DNA of 64,000 nucleotides from Acidobacteriota bacterium (GTDB lineage: Bacteria; Acidobacteriota; Vicinamibacteria; Vicinamibacterales; UBA2999): the NCBI GenBank assembly GCA_030697165.1, contig JAUYQQ010000023.1, positions 286,681 to 350,680 on the forward strand, read 5' to 3'. Made by a program: the position numbers and the translations under genes. Below, piece by piece: positions 34,905 to 42,881 of the stretch. The notes beneath the pieces were generated by a model, which saw only the letters and a list, made by a program, of their open reading frames with translations, made no database searches and was not told the origin of the DNA. Each line of letters starts with the position of its first letter. Positions within the stretch are counted from its first letter, which is position 1.

Positions 34905-34967
34905 ACTGAAACTGAAACTGAAACTTGTAACTGAAACCTCCAATTTTCAACTCTTCAACTTTCAACT
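34904..34967. repeat. Hexamer-stutter intergenic element (ACTGAA x3-4, then TTCAAC x3)
   Basis: aactgaaactgaaactgaaacttgtaactgaaacc tccaatt ttcaactcttcaactttcaactc. AT-rich and lies between tctCB and tctA. Confidence 0.7.
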
Positions 34968-34970
34968 CGC

Positions 34971-36464
34971 ATGGGAGAACTCTGGAACGGCTTTGTCGTC
35001 GCGCTGCAGCCCATCAACCTGATGTGGGGGTTGGCCGGCGTCACGCTGGGCACGGCGGTCGGCGTGCTCCCTGGCATTGGACCGGCGCTGACCGTGGCGC
35101 TGCTGCTGCCGGTGACCTACGGGCTGGATCCGACCGCAGCGCTGATCATGTTCGCCGGCATCTACTACGGCGCGATGTACGGCGGCTCGACCACCTCGAT
35201 CCTGCTCAACACGCCGGGCGAGAGCGCCACCATCGTGACGGCGATCGACGGGCACCAGATGGCGCGCAACGGGCGCGCCGGCGCCGCGCTGGCGACCGCG
35301 GCGATCGGCTCGTTTGTCGCCGGCACGCTGGCCACGCTCGCGCTGAGCCTGGCCGCGCCGGTGATGGTCCGGCTGGCGCTGGCGTTTGGCTCGGCCGAGT
35401 ACTTCGCGCTGATGGTGCTCGCGTTCGTGATGGTCACCACCGTGCTCGGCGGCCGCGGCGCCCGGCTGGCCGGCTGGGTCAGCCTGATGCTGGGCCTGGT
35501 GCTCGGCAGCGTCGGCATTGACGGCCTGAGCGGACAGGCGCGTTTCACCTTCGGCATTCCGTACCTGCTCGACGGCATCGATCCGGTGATTGTCGCCATT
35601 GGCCTGTTCGCCGTCGGCGAGACGTTATGGATGGTGAGCCGCGGTCCGGGCGAGGACCACGTGCTGCCGGTCCGCGGGTCGCTGTGGATGACCGGCGACG
35701 AGTGGCGACGGTCGTGGAAGCCGTGGCTGCGCGGTACGGCGCTGGGCTTTCCGATGGGTGCACTGCCGGCGGGCGGCGCCGAGTTGCCGACCTTGATGTC
35801 GTACGCGATCGAGAAGCGGCTGGCGGCGAAGCCCGAGGAGTTTGGTCACGGCGCCATCGAAGCCGTCGCCGGTCCCGAGGCCGCGAACAATGCGTCGGCG
35901 GCCGGCACGCTGGTGCCGCTGCTCACGCTCGGCCTGCCGACCTCGGCGACCGCCGCCGTGCTGCTCGCCGCGTTCCAGCAGTTCGGCCTGCAGCCGGGTC
36001 CGCTGCTGTTCGAGCACGAGCCGAAGCTGGTGTGGGGCGTGATCGCCAGCTTGTATGTCGGCAACGCCATGCTCCTGGTGCTGAACCTGCCGCTGGTGGG
36101 GTTGTGGGTGAAGCTGCTGTCGATTCCACGGCCGTGGCTGTACGGCGGCATCCTCGTGGTCGCCTCGCTTGGCGCGTTCAGCGTGCACCGTTCGGCCGGC
36201 GACCTGCTGCTGGTCGCGCTCATCGGCATCATCGGCTTCGGCCTGCGCCGCGTGGGCGCGCCGATCGCGCCGGTCATGATCGGCCTCATTCTCGGGCCGG
36301 CGGCCGAGCAGCACCTGCGCCGGGCCTTGTCAATCAGCCAAGGCGACTGGTCGGTGTTTGTCACGCGGCCGCTGTCGGCCGCGCTGCTGGCCGTCGCGGC
36401 AGCAATTGTCGTGTTCGGCATCACCCGGCGGCCCACGCTACAATCGAGGCATGAAACTCAGTGA
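34971..36464 (+). CDS. tctA: Tripartite tricarboxylate transporter permease TctA
   Basis: 497 aa polytopic protein. [22 protein letters not shown] and [14 protein letters not shown] motifs are typical of the TctA family. Confidence 0.85.
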   Translation: MGELWNGFVVALQPINLMWGLAGVTLGTAVGVLPGIGPALTVALLLPVTYGLDPTAALIMFAGIYYGAMYGGSTTSILLNTPGESATIVTAIDGHQMARNGRAGAALATAAIGSFVAGTLATLALSLAAPVMVRLALAFGSAEYFALMVLAFVMVTTVLGGRGARLAGWVSLMLGLVLGSVGIDGLSGQARFTFGIPYLLDGIDPVIVAIGLFAVGETLWMVSRGPGEDHVLPVRGSLWMTGDEWRRSWKPWLRGTALGFPMGALPAGGAELPTLMSYAIEKRLAAKPEEFGHGAIEAVAGPEAANNASAAGTLVPLLTLGLPTSATAAVLLAAFQQFGLQPGPLLFEHEPKLVWGVIASLYVGNAMLLVLNLPLVGLWVKLLSIPRPWLYGGILVVASLGAFSVHRSAGDLLLVALIGIIGFGLRRVGAPIAPVMIGLILGPAAEQHLRRALSISQGDWSVFVTRPLSAALLAVAAAIVVFGITRRPTLQSRHETQ

Positions 36465-37083
36465 CCTGTTCGGCGGCGGCTCCGATGTGCCGGCCGACCA
36501 GTTTCCCGATCCAGCGCTTGATGCGCCGGCGGATCCGACACGCGCACCGCAATCGATCGTGTTGGGCGGTGGTTGCTTCTGGTGCACCGAGGCAGTCTTC
36601 GCCAAGCTCGATGGCGTGATCAGCGTCGTCTCCGGCTACGCCGGCGGCAGCGTCGACACGGCGAACTACCAGGCGGTCTGCAGCGGCATGACCGACCACG
36701 CGGAAGTGATTCGCGTGCGATACGATTCGGGCCGCATCACGCTCGGGCAGATCCTCAAGGTGTTCTTTGCCGTCGCCCACGACCCCACGCAGTTGAACCG
36801 CCAGGGCAACGACCTGGGCCGGCAGTACCGGTCGTCGATTTTCTACGCCAGCGTCCACCAGGAGCGCGTCGCCGCGGAGTACATCGAGCAGCTGAAGGGC
36901 GCCGGAGTCTTTGACCAGCCCATCGTGACCACACTGGAGCCGCTCGAGCAGTTCTTCGAGGCCGAGGCCGATCACCAGGGATTCGTGGCGCGCAACCCCA
37001 ACCAGCCCTATGTCGCCGCGGTGGCGATGCCCAAGGTCAGGAAGCTCGAGAAGTCGTTCGCGGACAAATTGAAGAAGTCGTGA
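36451..37083 (+). CDS. msrA: Peptide-methionine (S)-S-oxide reductase
   Basis: ATG 36451 inside ORF 36358..37083. Motifs [50 protein letters not shown]. Confidence 0.9.
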   Translation: MKLSDLFGGGSDVPADQFPDPALDAPADPTRAPQSIVLGGGCFWCTEAVFAKLDGVISVVSGYAGGSVDTANYQAVCSGMTDHAEVIRVRYDSGRITLGQILKVFFAVAHDPTQLNRQGNDLGRQYRSSIFYASVHQERVAAEYIEQLKGAGVFDQPIVTTLEPLEQFFEAEADHQGFVARNPNQPYVAAVAMPKVRKLEKSFADKLKKS

Positions 37084-37102
37084 GACATAATAGGAGCCGC
37101 GT

Positions 37103-37179
37103 GCGCTCGTAGCTCAACTGGATAGAGCATCGGCCTTCGAAGCCGGGGGTCGCAGGTTCGAGTCCTGCCGAGCGCACCA
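37103..37179 (+). tRNA. tRNA-Arg (anticodon TCG), CCA encoded
   Basis: Hand-folded cloverleaf: GCGCTCG TA GCTC AACTGGATA GAGC A TCGGC CTTCGAA GCCGG GGGTC GCAGG TTCGAGT CCTGC CGAGCGC A CCA. Anticodon loop is CT-TCG-AA. Confidence 0.9.
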
Positions 37180-37202
37180 TTAAATACCGGCCTAATTCCG
37201 AT

Positions 37203-37229
37203 AGATGGCACTCCTGGGTGCCATCTTTG
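37203..37229 (+). terminator. Hairpin AGATGGCAC-tcctgg-GTGCCATCT followed by TTT
   Basis: 9-bp perfect stem 24 nt after the tRNA, followed by ttt. Could terminate the tRNA transcript. The stem also contains the GATGGCAC repeat unit. Confidence 0.45.
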
Positions 37230-37331
37230 GAACTCAACAAAACTAGACCAAACCGGCATAACTTCCGGTAGGTTTCGCCTTTGGGATGGCACGGCGGATG
37301 GCACCGTCGCCGCTTTCCAAAACATTGCCCC

Positions 37332-37364
37332 TTGACAAGCATACAACTACTTGTTGTATGCTTG
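37332..37364 (+). promoter_or_regulatory. Promoter/operator copy A (TTGACA plus 12-bp-arm palindrome) upstream of the ArdC-like gene
   Basis: TTGACA at 37332-37337. The palindrome caagcatacaac-tactt-gttgtatgcttg (37336-37364) spans the spacer and the -10 region. The whole roughly 85-bp leader is duplicated at 38484. Confidence 0.6.
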
Positions 37365-37410
37365 GTTTGTTCGTAAGGCAATAACGCCGACTCGATAGGA
37401 GTTGAGAGCG

Positions 37411-38211
37411 ATGACGAAGACCACCGAAGCCCCGACCTTTAGCCAGCTGTTCGCCACGATCGTTGAGCAGCCCGGCATCATTCACGAAGCCTTCAGCCGG
37501 TTCCACAACTACAGCCTCGGGAATCAGATCTTGGCGTGGTTCCAGTGCACGCAGCGCGGCATCACGCCGGGACCCATCGCGACCTATTCAGCGTGGCAGG
37601 GGATGGGCCGCCAGGTGCGCAAGGGCGAGAAGGCGCTCGTGCTGTGCCAGCCGGTCACCGTCAAGAAGAAGGCCGAAGAGCCGGAAGGCCAGGAGGCCGC
37701 CTTCACGCTGTTCACCTATCGCGCGAAGTGGTTCGCGCTGGCCCAGACGGAGGGCGCCAGCTACGAAGCGGCGCTGCCGGCGACGTGGAGCAAAACCCAA
37801 GCGCTCGCCGCGCTCGACGTTACCGAGGTCCCCTTCGCGCACACGGACGGCAACTGCCACGGCTACGCGATCGGCCGCTCGGTGGCCGTGTCCGACATCG
37901 CTCCCATGCCCTTCGCGGTGCTGGCTCACGAGCTCGCGCACGTGGTCTTGGGCCACACGTCGGAGGGCCAGTGCAGCGACACGACGGACCGGACCCCGCG
38001 CGCGCTGCGCGAAGTCGAAGCCGAGAGCGTGGCGATGCTGGTGGTGGGCAGCCTCGGTGAGTCGGGCCTCGAATACTGCCGCGGCTACGTCCAACACTGG
38101 TTGAAGGGCGGCACGATTCCGGAACGCAGCATCCAGAAGATCTTCAAGGCGGCCGACACGATCCTCCGTGCCGGCCGTCAGGAGCCCGAGCAGCTGCAGG
38201 AGGCCGCATAA
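37411..38211 (+). CDS. ArdC-like antirestriction protein (ssDNA-binding N-domain plus HExxH metalloprotease domain)
   Basis: ORF 37402..38211 (TTG). ATG 37411 is preferred by analogy with the duplicated leader. Motifs FHNYSLGNQILAWFQ, ATYSAWQGMGRQVRKGEKA and HELAHVVLGH. Confidence 0.75.
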   Translation: MTKTTEAPTFSQLFATIVEQPGIIHEAFSRFHNYSLGNQILAWFQCTQRGITPGPIATYSAWQGMGRQVRKGEKALVLCQPVTVKKKAEEPEGQEAAFTLFTYRAKWFALAQTEGASYEAALPATWSKTQALAALDVTEVPFAHTDGNCHGYAIGRSVAVSDIAPMPFAVLAHELAHVVLGHTSEGQCSDTTDRTPRALREVEAESVAMLVVGSLGESGLEYCRGYVQHWLKGGTIPERSIQKIFKAADTILRAGRQEPEQLQEAA

Positions 38212-38480
38212 TGTCGCCCGCAACGGCGACGGCCACCGGATCGCGTATCGTAAAGGGCACTATGTCAAGTCGCGGCAACGCCCCAAGCCTGGCCATCAGC
38301 GGCATCCCGCCCGAGGTCCTCGAGCGGTTTATGACTCGGGCCCGGCGTGACGGATGGTTCTCGAAGAACGCGCTGTTGATTGAACTGATGCGCGACTATG
38401 GGAACGAGACGCTCACGCCAGCCGCGGCGCCGCCCCCGTTCGACCCTACCCGGAAGCCGGGTTCATCCGGGCAAAAATAA
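38211..38480 (+). CDS. Small ribbon-helix-helix (CopG/Arc-like) protein
   Basis: 89 aa. TAATG overlap with the ArdC-like stop. SLAISGIPPEVLERFMTRARRDGWFSKNALLIELMRDY resembles a strand-helix-helix DNA-binding fold. An alternative start is Met 38262. Confidence 0.5.
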   Translation: MSPATATATGSRIVKGTMSSRGNAPSLAISGIPPEVLERFMTRARRDGWFSKNALLIELMRDYGNETLTPAAAPPPFDPTRKPGSSGQK

Positions 38481-38483
38481 TAC

Positions 38484-38516
38484 TTGACGGGCATACAACG
38501 ACTTGTTGTATACTTG
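38484..38516 (+). promoter_or_regulatory. Promoter/operator copy B upstream of higBA
   Basis: TTGACG 38484-38489, palindrome gcatacaac-gactt-gttgtatac (38491-38513), and TATACT as a plausible -10. The downstream leader (taacgccgac.cgat...gttgagagcgATGA) is shared with copy A. Confidence 0.6.
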
Positions 38517-38561
38517 TCTTCGTTGGCACTAACGCCGACCCGATTCGAAGGGTTGAGAGCG

Positions 38562-38867
38562 ATGAGCATCAAGAGCTTCAAGACGAACACCGCCCGGGAC
38601 ATTTTCCTCGGCGATAACACCAAAGCGGCGCGCAAGATCGCCCGCACGGCATGGCCTTCGGCGAGCCATCGCCTGCAGATCCTGAACATGGCGGCGCGCC
38701 TGAGCGACGTCGCCCAAACGCCGGGGGTTCGGCTGGAACCCATCAAGCACAGCAAACCGGGCTTCTACAGCCTGCGCGTCAACAATCAATACCGGATCAC
38801 GTTCCGGTTCGAGGATGGCAATGCCTACGACGTCAACGTCGAAGACCCGCTCTGGCACCAGCCGTAA
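38562..38867 (+). CDS. higB: HigB-type toxin (RelE/ParE superfamily, plasmid maintenance system killer family)
   Basis: ATG 38562 inside ORF 38484..38867. MSIKSFKTNTARDIF, RLQILNMAARLSDV, PGVRLEPIK and YRITFRFEDGNAYDVNVEDP match the HigB consensus as I recall it. Confidence 0.85.
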   Translation: MSIKSFKTNTARDIFLGDNTKAARKIARTAWPSASHRLQILNMAARLSDVAQTPGVRLEPIKHSKPGFYSLRVNNQYRITFRFEDGNAYDVNVEDPLWHQP

Positions 38868-39228
38868 CAAGCTGGTCCCGGGAGACCTGGCGGACCAACG
38901 CCGGGCTCCCACCCACCCCGGGGTGATGTTCAAGCTGGAGTTTCGGGAACCGCAGGATCCACCGGTGTCACAACGCGAAGCGGCGCGCCGCCTCGGGATC
39001 TCCTACAACTACATGAACCTGATTGAACTCGGCGAGCGCCCGGTCTCTCCGGAGATGTGCGTGAAATTTGAAGCGCTGACCGGCGCCAGCGCTGAGATGT
39101 GGGCGGGGTTGCAGATGCGCTACGACCTCTGGCACGCGTTTCAGTCCGCCAAGAAGCCCCGACCCATCCCCGGCGATCCGTTCGCCAGCAGCACGGCGCC
39201 GAGTAAGACTCGCCGGCCGCGCCGCTGA
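38815..39228 (+). CDS. higA: HigA-type antitoxin (XRE-family HTH)
   Basis: THPGVMFKLEFREPQDPPVSQREAARRLGISYNYMNLIELGERPVSPEMCVKFEALTGASAEMWAGLQMRYDLW is the HigA pattern (HPGE...L...A..LGV....i..i..G.r.it...A..La..fg.s.e.W). The exact start is uncertain: ATG 38815 overlaps higB by 53 nt, and a non-ATG start nearer 38872 is possible. Confidence 0.75.
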   Translation: MAMPTTSTSKTRSGTSRNKLVPGDLADQRRAPTHPGVMFKLEFREPQDPPVSQREAARRLGISYNYMNLIELGERPVSPEMCVKFEALTGASAEMWAGLQMRYDLWHAFQSAKKPRPIPGDPFASSTAPSKTRRPRR

Positions 39229-39330
39229 CGGCGGAGGAATTGAGACACCAGCCTCGCAGGACCGGGGTGACCCTGCGCTCCCAGCGACCAGCTCTCAATT
39301 GCCCCCGCCGTTAGAACTCGACCATCGTGG

Positions 39331-39933
39331 TCACCGCTTGCGATGGCCGGCGGCCTCGAGGATCTCGGCCAGCTTCTTGCCGCTGACATACACGTGAGCC
39401 ACGTGGCGCGCAAAGGTCATCTTCCCGGTCGGCGCCACGGTGATCGGTCCCGACTTGAGCGCCGCCTCCGCGGCCGCGGTCGCCCGCCGGCCCTCGGGCG
39501 TGAACCGTTCCGGCGTGTCGAGGTCTGCAAGCCGGATCGTCGCGGTGTAGCTCACGTCGAAGCCCAGCTCGACCCGGAGGACATACGTATCCGCATCGAC
39601 CATGCGGACCAGGGACGCTGGGTAACTCGCCGGCTGGGCGCTCGCTGACGCCGGCATCCACAGCGCCAGCAGTAGCAGCCACGTCCAAGCGGCATAGACC
39701 TTCGCGTTCGGCCTCTCGCGGAAGCGCTTCTCGGCCTCGGCCGCCAGCACCATGTGCTCGCCGACGCGAGTTGCCGTGCCGAACTGGAACGTCGGCAGGC
39801 CGTAGCGCCAGGTGACGCCGACGATCAGCGCGCCCTTGCGATCGGGAGGCACGGCCGACAGCGGCGCCGCGACGTGCGCGAGGCCCTGCTCGAGGATGGT
39901 GGAGCCCTTAGCTGGGAAAGTCGGATCGCCCAT
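39331..39933 (-). CDS. Thermonuclease (staphylococcal nuclease)-like protein, probably secreted
   Basis: The C-terminal half has LVRMVDADTYVLRV...TIRLADLDTPE...AHVYVSGKKLAEILEAAG, the SNase pattern. An internal hydrophobic stretch AAWTWLLLLALWMPASASA suggests either a signal-anchored protein or a real start at Met 39753. Confidence 0.6.
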   Translation of the reverse strand: MGDPTFPAKGSTILEQGLAHVAAPLSAVPPDRKGALIVGVTWRYGLPTFQFGTATRVGEHMVLAAEAEKRFRERPNAKVYAAWTWLLLLALWMPASASAQPASYPASLVRMVDADTYVLRVELGFDVSYTATIRLADLDTPERFTPEGRRATAAAEAALKSGPITVAPTGKMTFARHVAHVYVSGKKLAEILEAAGHRKR

Positions 39934-40597
39934 GGCGTAGCCTCACAATGTCCAGCGCCGGGCGCCAGGCGGGAAATAGATCAGGGTTGGTGAGAATGCC
40001 GGAGTGACCGACGCTCATCAGGTCGTGGTTGAGGTCCGCTAGCGGATGCCGCCGAACGACGCCCACACGGCCGTCGCCGATCTCGCCGAGCCACTGCCAG
40101 CGGTCGCTGCAGTCGGAGTGGAAGTGCTGCCAGTAGCCGATGTTGCGCCGCGCGAGCTGCGCCACGGCCATCAGGTCCTCGCGCACGGGCGAGCCTACCG
40201 AGATCAGGTTGTTGACCTTCAGGCCCGCCGCACACGCGAACAGCACGACCTGCAGCCCATGGGAGTGCGCGACCAGGTGGGTTTGGGTCGGCGGCTGCCG
40301 GCGGTCCGGCGCCAGCGGTGGCACGAGCCAATCGAGTAGGTTCTGGCCGCCGGCTTCCCAGTCCGTGGTGTGCGGCTTTCGGCCGAACCAACGGCGCCAG
40401 AACTGCTGGCCGTTAACATCGGTCGACCAGACGAAGCCGCGGCCGTCGGGCCCGGTCAGCGTGTGGAACCCGTGCGCCACCATGAAGTTCGACCACGGCG
40501 ACGCCGGGTGATACCACTGGCCCGCGCTGGAGCCACGCCAGGCCCACGTGCCGGCGATCGGCAGGAACGGGATGGTGTCCCGTTGCGGGGCGCTCAC
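39908..40597 (-). CDS. Alpha/beta-hydrolase-like protein with AHSHG nucleophile-elbow motif (putative lipase/esterase)
   Basis: ORF 39908..40612. GTG 40597 gives a GTGA overlap with the upstream stop. LVAHSHGLQVVLFACA (GxSxG-like) and ISVGSPV. Function is inferred. Confidence 0.55.
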   Translation of the reverse strand: MSAPQRDTIPFLPIAGTWAWRGSSAGQWYHPASPWSNFMVAHGFHTLTGPDGRGFVWSTDVNGQQFWRRWFGRKPHTTDWEAGGQNLLDWLVPPLAPDRRQPPTQTHLVAHSHGLQVVLFACAAGLKVNNLISVGSPVREDLMAVAQLARRNIGYWQHFHSDCSDRWQWLGEIGDGRVGVVRRHPLADLNHDLMSVGHSGILTNPDLFPAWRPALDIVRLRHGRSDFPS

Positions 40598-41532
40598 GGG
40601 ACCGGCGCCCACAGATTGTCAGGGCGGCCTCCGACGGCCGGCGGCAGCGGTCCGCCGGCGTGGTGTGCGCCGGGCGCGCCAGCCCCGACGATGATGTCGA
40701 GCCCGGTCCACAGGTTCACCGGGTTACCGGCCGGCAGGTACGCCACCATGTCCTCGCCGTAGCCGCCTTCAATCGAGCGACCGCACCCGATCACGCCGCT
40801 CCCTTTGAAGTCACCCTCGAGCGCACACGCCTGCTGCCCACGGGGCTTGGTGATGAGACCCCAACCGTTGTCGCTCTGCGTCGTTCGCAGCGCCCGCGCC
40901 ACTTCGCGGACGAATTGATGGCAGGCGACGCCGTCGCCCTGTTGGCACCGCGGGTAGCTCTTCGAGGCGGCCGCCACTGCTGTCAGGCACGCGCCCGAGA
41001 TCGCCATGGTGTTCCCTGCCTTGCCGCACCCCGGGAAGCCCAAGCCAGATGACGGCGGCACAACCACCGGCGGTGCCGGCGGAGGGTCAGGGACTGGCGG
41101 CGGCGCCACGGGCACCAGCGGCACGCGGTGGTCACCCGGCGGCAGATCGAGCGGCTCGCGCGCCTGGTAGGCGCCAGCGGCGCAGCGCACGAGGACGGAC
41201 CCGCGCACGGCGAAGTTGATGAAGCCACTGCCGTCGGCCGTGCGGCGGTCGTCGCCGATCGTGCAGGTCGCAAGGGGCACGCCGGCGCCGGTCACGGCGT
41301 CGTGCACCACGATGTTCAGGTTGACCATCGGGCCCGGTTCATCCTCAACGACTGGCGGCGGCGGCGGCGCTTCCACAGGTCCCGGCACCCCTGGTGTTGG
41401 CCACTTGACCGGCGGCGGGTCCTCGACGACGGGTGGCCGCTCCGGCCAGGCGATGGTGATCGGCGGCAGCGTCGCGCCGCACGCCACCAGCGCGATCGCG
41501 ACGACGGTGATGGCGGTCAGTCGTGTCTTCAT
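40594..41532 (-). CDS. Pro-rich, Cys-rich lipoprotein, hypothetical
   Basis: ORF 40594..41553. ATG 41532 is preceded by GGAGAC. MKTRLTAITVVAIALVACG lipobox, two PPPxP linkers, a central beta-sandwich-like segment and a Cys-rich C-terminal domain. Confidence 0.65.
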   Translation of the reverse strand: MKTRLTAITVVAIALVACGATLPPITIAWPERPPVVEDPPPVKWPTPGVPGPVEAPPPPPVVEDEPGPMVNLNIVVHDAVTGAGVPLATCTIGDDRRTADGSGFINFAVRGSVLVRCAAGAYQAREPLDLPPGDHRVPLVPVAPPPVPDPPPAPPVVVPPSSGLGFPGCGKAGNTMAISGACLTAVAAASKSYPRCQQGDGVACHQFVREVARALRTTQSDNGWGLITKPRGQQACALEGDFKGSGVIGCGRSIEGGYGEDMVAYLPAGNPVNLWTGLDIIVGAGAPGAHHAGGPLPPAVGGRPDNLWAPVP

Positions 41533-41543
41533 GACGGTCTCCA

Positions 41544-41598
41544 GAAAAAGCAAAGCGGCCCGAAGCGCACGCAGGGATTGCGTGAACCTCGGGCCGCT
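41544..41598 (-). terminator. Rho-independent terminator after the lysozyme gene
   Basis: On the minus strand: AGCGGCCCGAGG ... CTTCGGGCCGCT followed by TTGCTTTTT (plus-strand A-run 41545-41549). Confidence 0.7.
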
Positions 41599-41704
41599 CA
41601 GGTCCCGATGCTCTATGTCGTGTCTCAGCGCGCCAGAGCGCGACGCCTTTCAGCCCCCGGACGGTGTGCACCCGCCGACAGCCATAGCTGAGACAACTTC
41701 GTGG

Positions 41705-42262
41705 TCAGTGCTTGATGCCGGGATCCTTGCCCGTTCGAATCATCGTGGCCAGGCGATCGGCGCGGCCGCGCCGACCCGCCAGGCCATCGTCGACCTGCCG
41801 CGCCCAGACGGAATCCATGATGTGGAACGAGACCGCCGTCCAGCACGCTTCCTGGAACCCGACATCCCTGGTAGACAGCGCCATGTCGGCAAACCGGATC
41901 GCGCTCACGAACTTCGCGGCGCCGGCGACGCCCAGGTTGAAGACGAAGTCGATGATGGCGCGCTGCCGCACGCCATCGAGCGCGTCGAAGTTGGGCCAGC
42001 GGCCGCGCACGTCGGTTTCGAACCGATCGACATCCGCGGCGAGCTGCAGCTGGCCGTCGGCCTCGGTGAGCCCATCACGTTCAATCCAGGCCCGCGTCAG
42101 CGGCCGGCCCAGGGCTCGCTCGAGCGGGCCGAGGCCGCGGTCGTCGATGTTGTAGCCGCACAGGATCGTGAGCTTTCCGGACGTGCACCGGTAGAGGCGC
42201 AGCCGCATACCCTCGTGGTCGATCAACTGCTGGCGTAGCGCGGCGCGATGGTCAGCGGTCAC
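41705..42262 (-). CDS. Phage lysozyme (GH24, T4/lambda-R-like endolysin)
   Basis: ORF 41705..42301. GTG 42262 makes a GTGA overlap with the upstream stop. LRQQLIDHEGMRLRLYRCTSGKLTILCGYNID shows the catalytic E...D...T context, followed by ...WARQVDDGLAGRRGRADRLA. Confidence 0.8.
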   Translation of the reverse strand: MTADHRAALRQQLIDHEGMRLRLYRCTSGKLTILCGYNIDDRGLGPLERALGRPLTRAWIERDGLTEADGQLQLAADVDRFETDVRGRWPNFDALDGVRQRAIIDFVFNLGVAGAAKFVSAIRFADMALSTRDVGFQEACWTAVSFHIMDSVWARQVDDGLAGRRGRADRLATMIRTGKDPGIKH

Positions 42263-42873
42263 GCGGACCCCAGTTCCGGCGCCACGAAGGTGCCCTGCCA
42301 CTCGAGCACGCGCGCGCCAGCCTTCACCGGCACGGCGTCGACGCAGACTACGAGCTCATCGCCGTTGGCTTTCACCAGCACGCAGTCCCGGCGCAGGATG
42401 CGGCCGTCGCGGATGGTGTGATCCCACGCCAGCATGAACGCCTCGACCTGGTCTTGATGAATCAGATTCACCCAGCCCATGCCGAGCAGGTCTCGCGACG
42501 GGTAGCCGGTCATCACTTCAAAGGCGCGGTTCACCGAGACAAACCGGCCCGACACGTCGGCCTGGAACGCCGGGCGGGCCATGCCGTCAAAGATGGCGGC
42601 CTGACGCGCGACCACGATGGTCAGTTGGTCCTTCATGCTCCCGCCGCCGTTGGGACTCAGCTCCGCCTCCACCTGCTGTTTGATCTGGCGGACCTCGCCC
42701 TCGATGCGATCAACCGTGGCAACCATTCGATGCACGCCCGCAAAGTGGGCTGTCACTGGTGTCACCATCAGCCGCCAGAGCTTCATCGCGAGCGGGCGCG
42801 TGAGCCAGTACAGCGCGCCGCCTGGTAATACCACGGCTGCGAGTAACCACCAGGATTCAACGGTCTCCCACAT
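42259..42873 (-). CDS. Membrane-anchored PAS-domain protein in the holin position
   Basis: 204 aa. N-terminal TM segment WWLLAAVVLPGGALYWLTRPLAMKLW, coiled stretch VDRIEGEVRQIKQQVEAEL, then a PAS-like fold (FQADVSGRFVSVNRAFEVMTGYPSRDLLGMGWVNLIHQDQVEAF...RRDCVLVKANGDELVVCVDAVP). Confidence 0.65.
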   Translation of the reverse strand: MWETVESWWLLAAVVLPGGALYWLTRPLAMKLWRLMVTPVTAHFAGVHRMVATVDRIEGEVRQIKQQVEAELSPNGGGSMKDQLTIVVARQAAIFDGMARPAFQADVSGRFVSVNRAFEVMTGYPSRDLLGMGWVNLIHQDQVEAFMLAWDHTIRDGRILRRDCVLVKANGDELVVCVDAVPVKAGARVLEWQGTFVAPELGSA

Positions 42874-42881
42874 GCGCCCTC

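Noticed and set aside
37180-39330. Integrase or excisionase next to the tRNA
   Set aside because: No ORF in this interval has tyrosine- or serine-recombinase motifs. The genes present are ArdC-like, RHH and HigBA. An integrase, if any, must be at the other end, outside the window.
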